A stretch of 64,000 nt of DNA, taken from positions 165,629 through 229,628 of the forward strand of contig JBAYJK010000001.1 of assembly GCA_041665145.1 (NCBI GenBank). Reading direction: 5' to 3'. Every line of letters starts with the position of its first letter. The first letter of the stretch is position 1. Position numbers and translations under genes: made by a program. Of the stretch, positions 43,107 to 53,197 are shown piece by piece. The notes under the pieces are model-generated. The model was given only the letters and a program-made list of their open reading frames with translations. It was not told where the DNA came from and made no database searches. Origin of the DNA: Patescibacteria group bacterium. Lineage in GTDB: Bacteria > Patescibacteriota > Microgenomatia > UBA1406.

Positions 43107-43807
43107 GTGAATTTCTCATTAAAAATGTGAGATTCAGGAACGGTGAATTCGGTACGCAAAGCCTTTTTGACTTCATCAACTGTATTTGGGCGTCCACATA
43201 GGTAAAATTCATGACTGAGGAGAAAATTATTGTTCGGAAAAAGTATGCGCAAACCGTCTTGTACATATCCTTTAAGCTCGGTTGTGTCCTCGGGATCCTC
43301 TCGTGAATAGCAGATGTGGTAATGAAAGTTGCGATTAAGTCTATCAAGATTGTTCAATTCCCGTTTAAAATAAGCATCCTTATGCGAACGTAATCCCCAT
43401 AAAATATGATAGTCTTCAACGAATGCCCGATGCGCTAAATCAAGCACCATGGATTTTATCGGGGCGATCCCTGTTCCGGTTGCAAGGAAAATTTTTGGTA
43501 GATTTGTTTTCTGTAACATAAAGACCCCTAACGGAGCCCGAAACGTAACCTGTTCACCGAGTTTGAATGCTTGTAAGTACTTTGAGCCAATACCCATCGG
43601 TGCAATGTCTACAATTATTTCAATCTCGTCAGTCTGGTGAGGCGAAGAGGAGATCGAATACTGACGATATCCGCCAGGAACATTAAGTAATAAATATTGA
43701 CCGGCATTAAACGCTATGCTTTTGTCTGGCAGGGTGAAAACAAAACGAAAAACGCCCGGTGCGATTTCCTCTTTTACAATTGTCGAAGCGGTATAAGTTT
43801 GCAGCAT
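43103..43807 (-). CDS. Ferredoxin-NADP reductase-like FAD/NAD(P)-binding oxidoreductase
   Basis: Has the RQYSISS (RxYS FAD motif) and LATGTGIAP (NAD(P) motif). Confidence 0.75.
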   Translation of the reverse strand: MLQTYTASTIVKEEIAPGVFRFVFTLPDKSIAFNAGQYLLLNVPGGYRQYSISSSPHQTDEIEIIVDIAPMGIGSKYLQAFKLGEQVTFRAPLGVFMLQKTNLPKIFLATGTGIAPIKSMVLDLAHRAFVEDYHILWGLRSHKDAYFKRELNNLDRLNRNFHYHICYSREDPEDTTELKGYVQDGLRILFPNNNFLLSHEFYLCGRPNTVDEVKKALRTEFTVPESHIFNEKFT

Positions 43808-43813
43808 TGTAAC

Positions 43814-44356
43814 TTAATCTCTCTCGGGAGTCCAAAATGATTCACCTGCGCTTGTGTAAGGGAGCCTGTTCTCATCGGGTTTATCTTTATCAAATTGCTC
43901 GTTCATAAAATAGAAAAGCTCTGCGGCTCTGTTCGAAAAATTTGCACAGCCATGTGCAACTCCATGTGGTATGAATATGAGATACGATTTTCCGTATCCG
44001 CACGACAGTCTCATTTTAATGTCGTTAGTTGGTGAGTTTGTACGTGTGTCCCACAATCCGACAACAAGATGACTGGTCGGTAAAACAAACCAAACCTCGT
44101 CTTGTTTGAAATGCAAGTGCCACGCTTTAATTGCTTTCGGAAACATGGAAGTACGACTGATTTGGCGTATGTGAAAATTCGGGAATTCTGCTATATCACC
44201 ATTTTGCGCTAAGCGTAAAACTTCTCCGAAATCGCCCTCTTCACCGACGAAGTTTGTGAGCGGGACAACTTTCACGCCTTCAATTACCGGCTTCTTTTCG
44301 TAGCTTTGTACGTATAATTTCTTTTGCAACAAGGCTCCTAAATCGTGTTTATCCAT
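43814..44356 (-). CDS. RmlC-like cupin (dTDP-4-dehydrorhamnose 3,5-epimerase family)
   Basis: Has FGEVLR, KAWHLH, VVGLWDTRTNSPT and IPHGVAHG motifs. The start at ATG 44356 is 6 nt after TATAAT (minus strand). Confidence 0.65.
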   Translation of the reverse strand: MDKHDLGALLQKKLYVQSYEKKPVIEGVKVVPLTNFVGEEGDFGEVLRLAQNGDIAEFPNFHIRQISRTSMFPKAIKAWHLHFKQDEVWFVLPTSHLVVGLWDTRTNSPTNDIKMRLSCGYGKSYLIFIPHGVAHGCANFSNRAAELFYFMNEQFDKDKPDENRLPYTSAGESFWTPERD

Positions 44357-44408
44357 AGTGTCATTATAGGCGGAATGCATGTTTGTGTCAAATTGGTATA
44401 ATATGGTT

Positions 44409-45206
44409 ATGACGCGATCTATTAAGCTTTCAGTAGGTATTGCAGCACGCAACGAAGAACAGAATATTGCGCGTTGTATTAAATCGGTTTATGAACTTGC
44501 TGATGAAATTGTTGTGATAGATGCCACATCTACGGACAAAACTGTTTCAATTGCACGATCTTTTGGAAGTAAAGTAAAAGTGTTTGTAGAAAAGCATGTT
44601 TCCATGTTTCATATAAATAAGCAGAAAGCACTAGAAAAGGCGCGAGGCGAATGGATAGTACAGCTTGACGCAGATGAAGAAGTAACAGACAATCTTCGAG
44701 ACGAGATCTCTCAGATTGTAAGCTCGAAACTCGAAGCTCGAAGCTCGAAAACTCCTGTTGCTTTTTCAATTCCAAGATTAAATTATTTTCTCGGAAAGCC
44801 CTTAAGGAAAGGTGGGCAATATCCGGATTATACAATCAGACTTTACAGAAACGGTGCCGCCAAATTTCCATGCGAATCTATACATGAACAGGTTACCGTA
44901 CAAGGAGAAATTGGATTTTTGAAGAACCCGATAAACCACTATCCGTACAAGACATTCACTGATTATATTGCTAAATGGGATCGTTACTGTGATTTGGAAG
45001 CACAAAATCTGTACGATAGAAAAATTAAACTGACTTTTTGGCTATTTTTGGAATACTTTCTTGTCAAACCGAAAACGTGGTTTGTTGTTACGTACTTCAG
45101 ACATAAGGGGTTTATGGACGGATTTCCGGGATATATTTTTTCCTTATTCTCTTCGATGAGATTTCTTCTTATTTATATAAAGTTATATGAAAAAAACAAC
45201 AAATAA
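44409..45206 (+). CDS. Glycosyltransferase family 2
   Basis: Has LSVGIAARNEEQNI, VIDATSTDKT and QLDADE (DxD). The start at ATG 44409 is 6 nt after TGgTATAAT. Confidence 0.8.
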   Translation: MTRSIKLSVGIAARNEEQNIARCIKSVYELADEIVVIDATSTDKTVSIARSFGSKVKVFVEKHVSMFHINKQKALEKARGEWIVQLDADEEVTDNLRDEISQIVSSKLEARSSKTPVAFSIPRLNYFLGKPLRKGGQYPDYTIRLYRNGAAKFPCESIHEQVTVQGEIGFLKNPINHYPYKTFTDYIAKWDRYCDLEAQNLYDRKIKLTFWLFLEYFLVKPKTWFVVTYFRHKGFMDGFPGYIFSLFSSMRFLLIYIKLYEKNNK

Positions 45207-46338
45207 TTTCCGAAATCTGAAAGTAGCGTTGGTTCACGATTATTTCCGTGAGTATGGCGGTGCGGAACGGGTACTGGAGGAGATCCATAATATGTTTCCG
45301 GACTCCGATGTGTTTACTGCTTTGGTGAATCCGAAAAATTTGCAGGTACATTGGTATCGGTTATCCGATTGGAATTTCAAAGTATCATGGTTCGGCAAGA
45401 TTCCGTTTGTCAGAGATTATCCCTCATTGTTCAGATTCTGGTCTCCCCAGATTTGGGAAAGTTTCGATCTTTCACAGTATGATTTAGTGATCTCTTCCTC
45501 AGGCTGGTTTATGTGCAAAGGGGTTATTACCCGTCCGGAGACACTCCATATTTCATACGTTCATCACCAAAACAAGTTTCTGACTTATTATGAAACTCCG
45601 GATGATTGGCAACAGAATTTCCTTAAACGACTATACGGATATGCCGTAGGGACACCGTTACGGATGTGGGACTTTATCGGTTCACAGCGGCCGGATGTAT
45701 TGGTCGCAAATTCCGAAGAGACGCAACGGAGAATCACCAAATATTATCGTCGTGATTCCGCCGTAATTTATCCGCCGATTTATAATCCACATATCAATAT
45801 CGGTGAAAAACTGAAAAAAACCCAAGATTACTATATTACGATAAATCGTCTCGCGAAACCGAAGCACGTTGATGTACTTATACAAGCAGCGCACGACGCC
45901 AATGTTCCGTTATATGTTGTCGGAAAGGGTAAAGAATACGGTTACCTTAAATCAATGGCAGGGACAAATATTACATTTACCGGGGAGGTAAGCGATATTG
46001 AACTTGAACGGTTAAAACTCGGTGCAAAAGCATTTTTATTTGCCTCTGTTGACGAGGAGTTCGGCATGGCTCCTGTTGAAGCCATGATGTATGGAGTTCC
46101 CGTCATTGCATATAAAAGCGGCGGACTGAAAGAAACAATTGTTGAAAACACAAACGGATATCTTGTGGATGAACTAACTCCTCAAGCATATGTGCGCGCT
46201 ATTAAAAAAATTACGAACAAGAATTATCAATCTTTAGCTGAGGGAGCGGCTTCTCTTGCTGAGCGGTTTGATGTTGCGGTCTTTCGCGAAAAGATGATAC
46301 GGCTTGTTACCGACCATTTGAAATCACGGAATGCTTAA
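45187..46338 (+). CDS. Glycosyltransferase family 4 (GT-B)
   Basis: Has the N-terminal VALVHDYFREYGGAERV and the C-terminal EEFGMAPVEAMMYGVPVIA. Confidence 0.8.
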   Translation: MKKTTNNFRNLKVALVHDYFREYGGAERVLEEIHNMFPDSDVFTALVNPKNLQVHWYRLSDWNFKVSWFGKIPFVRDYPSLFRFWSPQIWESFDLSQYDLVISSSGWFMCKGVITRPETLHISYVHHQNKFLTYYETPDDWQQNFLKRLYGYAVGTPLRMWDFIGSQRPDVLVANSEETQRRITKYYRRDSAVIYPPIYNPHINIGEKLKKTQDYYITINRLAKPKHVDVLIQAAHDANVPLYVVGKGKEYGYLKSMAGTNITFTGEVSDIELERLKLGAKAFLFASVDEEFGMAPVEAMMYGVPVIAYKSGGLKETIVENTNGYLVDELTPQAYVRAIKKITNKNYQSLAEGAASLAERFDVAVFREKMIRLVTDHLKSRNA

Positions 46339-47053
46339 GCTCCAAAATATTACCGTATCGTTCCAAGAAAAGGTTATTGTTCATAATGTCAGTCTGGAAT
46401 TGCAACGGGAAACCATTACCGTACTCATGGGACCGAACGGGTCGGGTAAATCAACCTTAGCCAGTGCACTCATGGGACATCCGTTTTATCGTATGGATGC
46501 CACATCACATATTGAACTTGACGGCGAAGATATCGTGAATCTACCGCCGAATGAACGAGCTCAGAAAGGTCTGTTTATGGGTTTTCAGAATCCGGTAGCT
46601 GTGGCGGGCGTTAGTCTGACTAAACTGCTGAGAGAGACGAGCGACCCGAAAACGATGGACACGAAGCATTTTATGCAGGATCTTCGCTATCTTGCCAAGG
46701 GTCTTCAGTTTTCTGAAGGACTACTCATTCGCGGATTAAATGACGGATTCTCTGGTGGGGAAAAGAAAAAAATTGAGATGGTACAGGCGCGGTACTTGGC
46801 AAGGAAGTATGCTTTGTTTGATGAAGTAGATACGGGACTCGATGTGGATGCATTGAAAAAAGTTGCCGTTATGATGAACGAATTGAAAAGAAAAACCGTT
46901 GGGTGTCTGATCATTACCCATCACCCACGATTAATAGAGTATCTTGATGTCGATCGGATTATCGTCATGTCAAAAGGGGTTATTGTTGATGAGGGAGGCA
47001 GGGAACTCGTTAAAAAAATAGAACACGCCGGGTATGCAGGATACACACACTAG
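46331..47053 (+). CDS. sufC: Fe-S cluster assembly ATPase SufC
   Basis: Has Walker [10 protein letters not shown], the signature FSGGEKKK and Walker [11 protein letters not shown]. Confidence 0.9.
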   Translation: MLKLQNITVSFQEKVIVHNVSLELQRETITVLMGPNGSGKSTLASALMGHPFYRMDATSHIELDGEDIVNLPPNERAQKGLFMGFQNPVAVAGVSLTKLLRETSDPKTMDTKHFMQDLRYLAKGLQFSEGLLIRGLNDGFSGGEKKKIEMVQARYLARKYALFDEVDTGLDVDALKKVAVMMNELKRKTVGCLIITHHPRLIEYLDVDRIIVMSKGVIVDEGGRELVKKIEHAGYAGYTH

Positions 47054-48419
47054 TCAATGGGATTTTAAGGACAATACAAAGTATTCGTTCGTTGCCAAAA
47101 AAGGACTGACCGAAACACTGGTCCGACAAATCTCAAAAAAAAAGAATGAGCCGGAATGGATGCTCGACTTTCGATTGGCGGCATTGAAAATATACTACGG
47201 AAAAAAAATGCCGTTATGGGGTGGCGACCTTTCGGGCATAGATTTCGAGAATATTCATTATTATTTGCGTTCACAAGAAAAGCAGGCAAAAAGTTGGGAG
47301 GAGCTACCGTCAGATATCAAAAAAACCTATGATTATCTCGGTATTCCGGAAGCTGAAAAAAAGTTCCTTGCCGGAGTATCCGCACAATACGAATCGGAAG
47401 TCCTCTATAAATCCATTCAAAAAGAACTTACTAAAAAAGGAGTCGTGTTTTTGGATACCGATTCCGGGTTGCGGGAGTATCCCGAAATTTTCAAGAAATA
47501 TTTCGGTAAGTTGATTCCTCCGGGTGATAACAAATTTTCAGCACTTAACTCTGCCACGTGGTCCGGTGGAAGTTTTGTCTATATTCCGAAGAATGTAAAA
47601 GTGACAATGCCTTTGCAGGCATATTTCAGAATTAACGCTCAGAACGTCGGTCAGTTTGAACGAACACTCATTGTTGCAGAAGAAGGCAGCTCTGTACATT
47701 ATATAGAAGGGTGCAGTGCACCAGTTTACTCGACCTCCTCACTTCATGCTGCAGTTGTCGAGATTTTTGTTCATGAGAACGCACATGTCCGATACACGAC
47801 AGTTCAGAATTGGAGTCCGAATATCTATAATCTTGTCACTAAACGGTCGCGGGTAGAGAAAAATGGTGTAATGCAGTGGATAGACGGCAACCTTGGTTCC
47901 CGGCTTACCATGAAATATCCCAGTTGTTATCTGGTTGGTGAAGGTGCCAAGGGAGAAGTATTGTCCATAGCTTATGCAGGACGTGGGCAGCATCAGGATG
48001 CCGGGGCAAAGATGATACATCTTGCACCGCACACAACGTCCCGTATTGTTTCGAAATCAATATCCAAAGATGGAGGGCGCACGTCGTACCGGGGGTTAGT
48101 GCATGTTCGCAAAGGAGCACATCATGTTATGTCGAAAGTTGTCTGCGATGCACTTATATTAGATGAACATTCCAGATCAGACACATACCCCACCATGAGT
48201 ATCGACGAACAAAAAGTGAAAATAGAACACGAAGCAACAGTATCTAAAATAGGCGAAGAGCAGTTGTTTTATCTGCAGTCCAGGGGAATTAAGAAAGAGC
48301 GAGCCGAAGCGCTTATCGTAAATGGTTTTTTGGAATCTGTTGTTAAGGAATTGCCACTTGAGTATGCTGTTGAATTAAACCGTTTGATGATCATGGAAAT
48401 GGAAGGAAGCGTAGGGTAA
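47034..48419 (+). CDS. sufB: Fe-S cluster assembly protein SufB
   Basis: Has the typical SufB beta-helix core and the C-terminal [12 protein letters not shown]...A..L.V.GF motif. Confidence 0.9.
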   Translation: MQDTHTSQWDFKDNTKYSFVAKKGLTETLVRQISKKKNEPEWMLDFRLAALKIYYGKKMPLWGGDLSGIDFENIHYYLRSQEKQAKSWEELPSDIKKTYDYLGIPEAEKKFLAGVSAQYESEVLYKSIQKELTKKGVVFLDTDSGLREYPEIFKKYFGKLIPPGDNKFSALNSATWSGGSFVYIPKNVKVTMPLQAYFRINAQNVGQFERTLIVAEEGSSVHYIEGCSAPVYSTSSLHAAVVEIFVHENAHVRYTTVQNWSPNIYNLVTKRSRVEKNGVMQWIDGNLGSRLTMKYPSCYLVGEGAKGEVLSIAYAGRGQHQDAGAKMIHLAPHTTSRIVSKSISKDGGRTSYRGLVHVRKGAHHVMSKVVCDALILDEHSRSDTYPTMSIDEQKVKIEHEATVSKIGEEQLFYLQSRGIKKERAEALIVNGFLESVVKELPLEYAVELNRLMIMEMEGSVG

Positions 48420-48434
48420 AAATTCAAAATTCAA

Positions 48435-49067
48435 ATGACAAATCCACAAATCAAACTCAAAATTCGAAAGAATCCCAAACAAGTGAAAGTGGCGACTACT
48501 AAAGGGGAGAAGAAAATAGTTGTTGTTGTTTTTAACTATCGGGATACCGTCGCAACGGTGCCGGTTACTTTATCAATTGCCGAGAATAGTCAGGTATTTT
48601 GTGTTATTTGTTGCAATTTACTGGGAAACAGCAATGTGTCGTTAGTGACGAATCAGGACCACAATAATATGGGAGGAGTGTCCCACCTCTTGTGTAAAAC
48701 CGTTTCACACGACGGGTCGAAATTTTCTTTTTCCGGTACAATCACTATTTCCAAAAAAGGCCAAAAAAGTCATGCGTATCAGCGAAATGAAAACTTACTG
48801 TTGGGGACTGAAGGAGCGGTTACGTCTGAACCGAAACTACAGATACTGGCAAATGATGTTTTTTGTACTCATGGTTCGACAACAGGATATCTTGATGAAG
48901 AACAAGTGTTTTATCTTCAGTCACGCGGTTTGTCAAAAGAAAAAATAAAAGCGCTTTTATCAAAAGGATTTTTACTTTCGGGAGTCGACATGTTGGTGAA
49001 TGCCGGTCTGCCGCTGCCGGTTATTCAGGATCTCTCCGACGAGGTTGAAAAGGCCTTATTGGTATAA
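48435..49067 (+). CDS. sufD: SufD-like Fe-S assembly protein (short, 210 aa)
   Basis: Has the SufB/D C-terminal motif EEQVFYLQSRGLSKEKIKALLSKGFL. Its position after sufB supports the call. Confidence 0.7.
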   Translation: MTNPQIKLKIRKNPKQVKVATTKGEKKIVVVVFNYRDTVATVPVTLSIAENSQVFCVICCNLLGNSNVSLVTNQDHNNMGGVSHLLCKTVSHDGSKFSFSGTITISKKGQKSHAYQRNENLLLGTEGAVTSEPKLQILANDVFCTHGSTTGYLDEEQVFYLQSRGLSKEKIKALLSKGFLLSGVDMLVNAGLPLPVIQDLSDEVEKALLV

Positions 49068-49075
49068 TACAAAGC

Positions 49076-49438
49076 ATGCACGACGATCTATACCGTGAAG
49101 AAATTCTTGATCATTATCATCATCCGCGAAATGCGGGGAAACTCGATCACTGTTCGCATCACGCGTTGAAAGATAATCCGTTATGTGGCGATAAAATCGA
49201 GATTTTTTTGCAGGTTGAGGTTGGAACGATCAGAAAAATTAATTTTGTTGCCACCGGATGTGCGATTTCTGTTGCATCGGCAAGTATGCTCAGCGAAATG
49301 GTTACAAACTGGAAGATCGAAAGAACCAAAAAATTAGCAGCAAAGGATATTCTGGAAATGCTTAAAATTGAGTTAACCCCGACACGGCTTAAATGCGCAC
49401 TGCTTTCACTGGAGACTCTTCAAAGAGCATTACCGTAA
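49076..49438 (+). CDS. sufU: SufU/IscU-type Fe-S scaffold protein
   Basis: Has the NPLCGD, GCAIS and RLKCALL cysteine motifs. Confidence 0.8.
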   Translation: MHDDLYREEILDHYHHPRNAGKLDHCSHHALKDNPLCGDKIEIFLQVEVGTIRKINFVATGCAISVASASMLSEMVTNWKIERTKKLAAKDILEMLKIELTPTRLKCALLSLETLQRALP

Positions 49439-49473
49439 TGCTGTTAGCGGTCCCGGCCACTTATATTTCCGTT

Positions 49474-49501
49474 TTGCATTTAGCAGTTTTTCGTGTATAA
49501 T
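49474..49501 (+). promoter_or_regulatory. Promoter TTGCAT-16-TATAAT for leaderless rpsO
   Basis: TTGCAT at 49474-49479 and TATAAT at 49496-49501. ATG 49509 is 7 nt downstream. Confidence 0.6.
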
Positions 49502-49508
49502 CCATCCC

Positions 49509-49949
49509 ATGGTTAAAGAAACAAAAAAAGAAAAAACAGTCAAGAAGGCTGTCAAAACCCCTGAAAAAACAGTTAAAGAAGTGAAGACCAAGAAGGTTGT
49601 CGCTCCCAAAAAAGAAGAGAAGGTTGAGGTAAAACCAGTGAAGGTTCCCGTAGTAAAGCCGGTTACCACAGCCAAAAGTGAAGAAGACGAGAAACAAGAT
49701 GTTATTAAAGAATTTGCCACGCAGGCAAATGATACAGGATCTCCCGAGGTTCAGGTAGCCATACTTACTTGGAAGATTGTTCGCCTCCAGAAACATTTGG
49801 CCGAAAATCCAAAAGACAATCATTCTCGACGCGGACTTCTTAAAATCATTTCAAAGCGCCGCCGTATCATGAACTATCTGAAGAAAAAAGACGAAAAACG
49901 ATACACGGTACTTGAAGCAAAAATCCAGGACTATCAGAAGCGGGGGTAA
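49509..49949 (+). CDS. rpsO: 30S ribosomal protein S15 with an N-terminal Lys/Val/Glu-rich extension of about 60 aa
   Basis: The C-terminal 85 aa carry the S15 signature (GSPEVQVAILT..I..L..HL..N.KD.HSRRGLL..I.KRR....YL). The N-terminus is KKEKTVKKAVKTPEKTVKEVKTKK... Confidence 0.85.
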   Translation: MVKETKKEKTVKKAVKTPEKTVKEVKTKKVVAPKKEEKVEVKPVKVPVVKPVTTAKSEEDEKQDVIKEFATQANDTGSPEVQVAILTWKIVRLQKHLAENPKDNHSRRGLLKIISKRRRIMNYLKKKDEKRYTVLEAKIQDYQKRG

Positions 49950-49959
49950 TTAGGGTTGT

Positions 49960-52041
49960 ATGAAACAAATTAATAAATCAATCGAACTGGCAGGACGAAA
50001 GCTGGTCTTTCGTATTGGCGAGGTTGCCGAACAAGCAACTGCCGCTGTTATAACTCAATACGGTGAAACAACAATTCTCACCACTGTTGTCGTCGGAAAA
50101 GAAAATCCTGACCTCGACTATTTTCCTCTTGGCGTAGAGTACGCTGAAAAACTGTATGCTGGTGGACGAATTAAAGGTTCTCGTTGGGTAAAGCGTGAAG
50201 GACGCCCGAATGACAGCGCCATACTTGCTGCACGACTAATTGATCGATCAGTTCGTCCGTTATTTGACGATTCATTCCGCAGAGACGTACAGGTCATTAA
50301 TACTGTTTTGTCGATCGACGGAGTTAATTCCCCTGAAATTGTTGCTGCTCTTGGTTCCTGTTGCGCATTATCATTATGTTCAATTCCCTGGAATGGTCCA
50401 GTGGCGACGCTTGAAATCGGATTGGTAAACGGTGAAAAAGGCGGAAAAGGACAATACATCGTTAATCCAACTTCACAGGAAGATAAATTATCAAGAATGA
50501 GCCTCATAGTTTCTGCTACGAATAAAAAGGTCGTCATGATCGAAACGAAGGCTGAGGAAGTTTCGAACGAGGAAGTTTCGGAAGGTATTAAACTTGCCAA
50601 AAAAGAAATGCTTCCCCTTATTGCTTTGTTTTCAGAACTTCGTAAGGAGGCAGGCGTAAAAGATTATGTTGCAAAAGCTACGGAAGAGAAAAAAGATGTT
50701 GTAACGTTAATCTCCAAAAAATACCATGAAGAACTTATAAAACGTCTTCAAGATATGGCTGATAAGGAAAATGTCGATGCATCAGGAGATGAACTGGTTA
50801 CAAAGATTGCGGAAGAGTTCCAACTCGAAGAAAAAGAAGCGCCAAAAGTTTTGAAGAAAATATATAAGAAACTGATGAAAGAGCTTGTTCTGAAAATGGG
50901 CAAGCGAGCTGACGGACGTAAAATGGATCAAGTCCGACCATTGTCCGCACAAGTAGGTGTCATTCCCCGAATTCATGGTTCAGCGATATTTAAGCGCGGA
51001 GCTACGCAAGTATTATCGATTGCTACCCTCGGCCCGCTTTCATTACAGCAATGGATTGAAAACCCGGAAGGCGAATTCATGAAACGTTATATTCATCATT
51101 ACTTTATGCCTCCGTACTCTGTCGGAGAAACGGGACGCGTCGGTACACCAAATAGGCGTGAAATCGGACATGGTGCATTGGCAGAAAAAGCCATTGAACC
51201 AATGTTGCCTGAGGAAATAAAATTCCCCTACACTGTCAGAATTGTTTCGGAAGTTTTGTCTTCGAACGGATCAACCTCAATGGCGTCCACGTGCGGATCA
51301 AGCTTGGCTCTTATGGACGCGGGAGTTCCTATCAAAGAGCAAGTCGCTGGTATTGCCATGGGACTTGTTCGCGAAGACGACACGAAGTATCAAATACTTA
51401 CCGACATTATTGGGATTGAAGACTTTTTCGGCGAGATGGATTTTAAAGTAGCCGGAACAAAAAACGGGATTACTGCTATTCAACTTGATGTCAAAAACGA
51501 CGGTATTAACGATGCAATGATTGATACCGCCTTATCAGGCGCTCAAGTAGCGCGAATGACCATTCTTGATGTCATGAATAAGGCGATCGACAAGCCACGT
51601 AAAGAGCTGTCGAAGTACGCACCTCGTGTTGTTATGCTTACACCTCCGGCTGACAAGATCGGCGAGATCATCGGACCGGGAGGAAAAAATATTAAAAAGC
51701 TCATCGCAGATACCGGTTGTGAAATCGATATCGACGACGACGGTAAAGTGTCAATCTCAGGCGTGAACGCCGAAGGGGTTGAACGGGCTGTCAGAGCAAT
51801 CGAGGCAATGTCCAAAGAATACAAACTTGGAGAAGTATACGAAGGAACAGTCATTAAAATACTTCCGTTCGGAGCAATCGTCGAGATTGGTCCAGGAAAA
51901 GAAGGCCTTTTACATGTCTCTCAAATGGGTATGGGATTTGTGAAAGATGCCAATGAAGTGTTCAAAGAGGGTCAATCAGCCAAGGTTGAAGTAGCTGAGT
52001 TAGATGATAGGGGCCGTATGAAATTCAAATTGGTGAAATAA
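49960..52041 (+). CDS. pnp: Polyribonucleotide nucleotidyltransferase (PNPase)
   Basis: Has two RNase PH domains, a KH domain (GPGGKNIKKL) and a C-terminal S1 domain (GTVIKILPFGAIVEI). Confidence 0.95.
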   Translation: MKQINKSIELAGRKLVFRIGEVAEQATAAVITQYGETTILTTVVVGKENPDLDYFPLGVEYAEKLYAGGRIKGSRWVKREGRPNDSAILAARLIDRSVRPLFDDSFRRDVQVINTVLSIDGVNSPEIVAALGSCCALSLCSIPWNGPVATLEIGLVNGEKGGKGQYIVNPTSQEDKLSRMSLIVSATNKKVVMIETKAEEVSNEEVSEGIKLAKKEMLPLIALFSELRKEAGVKDYVAKATEEKKDVVTLISKKYHEELIKRLQDMADKENVDASGDELVTKIAEEFQLEEKEAPKVLKKIYKKLMKELVLKMGKRADGRKMDQVRPLSAQVGVIPRIHGSAIFKRGATQVLSIATLGPLSLQQWIENPEGEFMKRYIHHYFMPPYSVGETGRVGTPNRREIGHGALAEKAIEPMLPEEIKFPYTVRIVSEVLSSNGSTSMASTCGSSLALMDAGVPIKEQVAGIAMGLVREDDTKYQILTDIIGIEDFFGEMDFKVAGTKNGITAIQLDVKNDGINDAMIDTALSGAQVARMTILDVMNKAIDKPRKELSKYAPRVVMLTPPADKIGEIIGPGGKNIKKLIADTGCEIDIDDDGKVSISGVNAEGVERAVRAIEAMSKEYKLGEVYEGTVIKILPFGAIVEIGPGKEGLLHVSQMGMGFVKDANEVFKEGQSAKVEVAELDDRGRMKFKLVK

Positions 52042-52064
52042 TATTTGAAACGTACGATTTGCGC

Positions 52065-52094
52065 TTGACTATTTTTTTATTCGTAGTCTAAAAT
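52065..52094 (+). promoter_or_regulatory. Candidate promoter TTGACT-18-TAAAAT downstream of pnp
   Basis: TTGACT at 52065-52070 and TAAAAT at 52089-52094. Confidence 0.4.
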
Positions 52095-52120
52095 ACTACC
52101 GTTACATATCTGATGTATAA

Positions 52121-52144
52121 AACTCCACGTGTTGGAGTTTTTTT
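52121..52144 (+). terminator. Intrinsic terminator AACTCCA-cgtgt-TGGAGTT + T-run (pnp terminator and/or leader attenuator)
   Basis: A 5-7 bp stem is followed by T7. An 11-codon ORF (52113-52148, MYKTPRVGVFL) reads through it. Confidence 0.6.
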
Positions 52145-52232
52145 GTGAAATAAATTGATTTATTAGCTGATGATTACGCACAAAATTGTTCTTTGCATTA
52201 CAAATAAAGAGCTTTGGCTCTTGAAATTTTAA

Positions 52233-52257
52233 CCCCGCTTAAAGCGGGATTTTTTTT
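52233..52257 (+). promoter_or_regulatory. Terminator-like hairpin CCCGC-ttaaa-GCGGG + T8, ending 4 nt before ATG 52262
   Basis: A GC stem plus U8 sits immediately upstream of the start codon, with no SD sequence between them. Confidence 0.5.
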
Positions 52258-52261
52258 GACT

Positions 52262-53161
52262 ATGACAGATAGATTACGTAGCGGTTCAATAACAGAAGAG
52301 CACGTTCGAAGAATCACCGAGTACCATGGTCGACGGTTAGTTATCATAACGGGCAGTCTGCCCTCCACACAAGAAATTTACGCCCAAGGAGGAATCCAAC
52401 TGAGTGGAGATCCTGCTTTGCGTTTATTTTCAGGCAGGGGGGAAGATTATTACGGAAAAACAAGTGGTGTCGGGCCGATTGTCAATTCACACAGAGCGCA
52501 TTCTCATACGGTCGAAGCGGCTGGAGCTAAAACTATCGGCGTGATGGTTGGAGTTCAAACACACCCTGAGCTTTTGCAGACTGATATTACTGATCTGGCG
52601 CTGGGTACTCGTGATACCGCACATTCATTCGTGAGTCCGGATGGCACCGTTCAGACGGTGCTCAATAAGGCTGATAAAGGTGACTCTACACAAATTGACG
52701 CTTTGGCTCGGCAGTTTTTTATTATGGCAGAGCGGGGAGATCGGGCTAGCATTGCAACGTCGATGGCGCAATTAAGTCCCGATCATAATTCAATTCGACT
52801 CCTTTTAACTCGACTGCACTATGGAGTCGTCGCTCCTGAAATTTCTGAGGAGGAGCTGAAGGAATATATGCTTGCGCATGGTGCAGGAATTGCCGGAAGC
52901 ATCGACTGGTTAGTTGCGGTAAAAATGGGTGTTATCCAGCCGTTCAATAGAGCCACGTTCGTTCATCAACAACTTACTATCGGAGCAGATTCTCCGGAAG
53001 TTGCACCACAGGATTTATGGAGATGGATGCGAACGTCTCCTCAGGAAAGGGAACCGCTTCAGGTTGTTGACGAAGTACGCGGTGAACTTCCGTTTTGCCC
53101 TGGAGATCCTGCAAACCGGCAGCAGCTTCTTTTGCTCAGTCGAGGTATTTTAACCCAATAA
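52262..53161 (+). CDS. Hypothetical protein (300 aa); possible Rossmann/SLOG-like N-half (very tentative)
   Basis: The ORF starts at ATG 52262; the track's TTG at 52214 would read through the hairpin. The segment RLVIITGS...AAGAKTIGVMVGV weakly recalls TIGR00725-type proteins. Confidence 0.45.
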   Translation: MTDRLRSGSITEEHVRRITEYHGRRLVIITGSLPSTQEIYAQGGIQLSGDPALRLFSGRGEDYYGKTSGVGPIVNSHRAHSHTVEAAGAKTIGVMVGVQTHPELLQTDITDLALGTRDTAHSFVSPDGTVQTVLNKADKGDSTQIDALARQFFIMAERGDRASIATSMAQLSPDHNSIRLLLTRLHYGVVAPEISEEELKEYMLAHGAGIAGSIDWLVAVKMGVIQPFNRATFVHQQLTIGADSPEVAPQDLWRWMRTSPQEREPLQVVDEVRGELPFCPGDPANRQQLLLLSRGILTQ

Positions 53162-53163
53162 AC

Positions 53164-53192
53164 TTGCAATCCGTCTATTCGCTCGGTATAAT
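53164..53192 (+). promoter_or_regulatory. Promoter TTGCAA-17-TATAAT
   Basis: TTGCAA at 53164-53169, a 17-nt spacer and TATAAT at 53187-53192. Confidence 0.7.
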
Positions 53193-53197
53193 TAAAC

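Noticed and set aside
48420-48500. AAATTCAAAATTCAAA / CAAATCAAACTCAAAATTCGAAAG low-complexity tract at the sufB-sufD junction, as another member of the CGAAAT repeat family.
   Set aside because: It is only loosely similar A-rich sequence. It forms the intergenic spacer and the first codons of sufD (MTNPQIKLKIRKN). It is too degenerate to call as a repeat copy.
52214-52261. TTG start at 52214 for the 52262 gene.
   Set aside because: It would translate the hairpin and U8 tract as MALEILTPLKAGFFLT. I prefer the ATG start but did not prove it; see the finding on 52042-52264.
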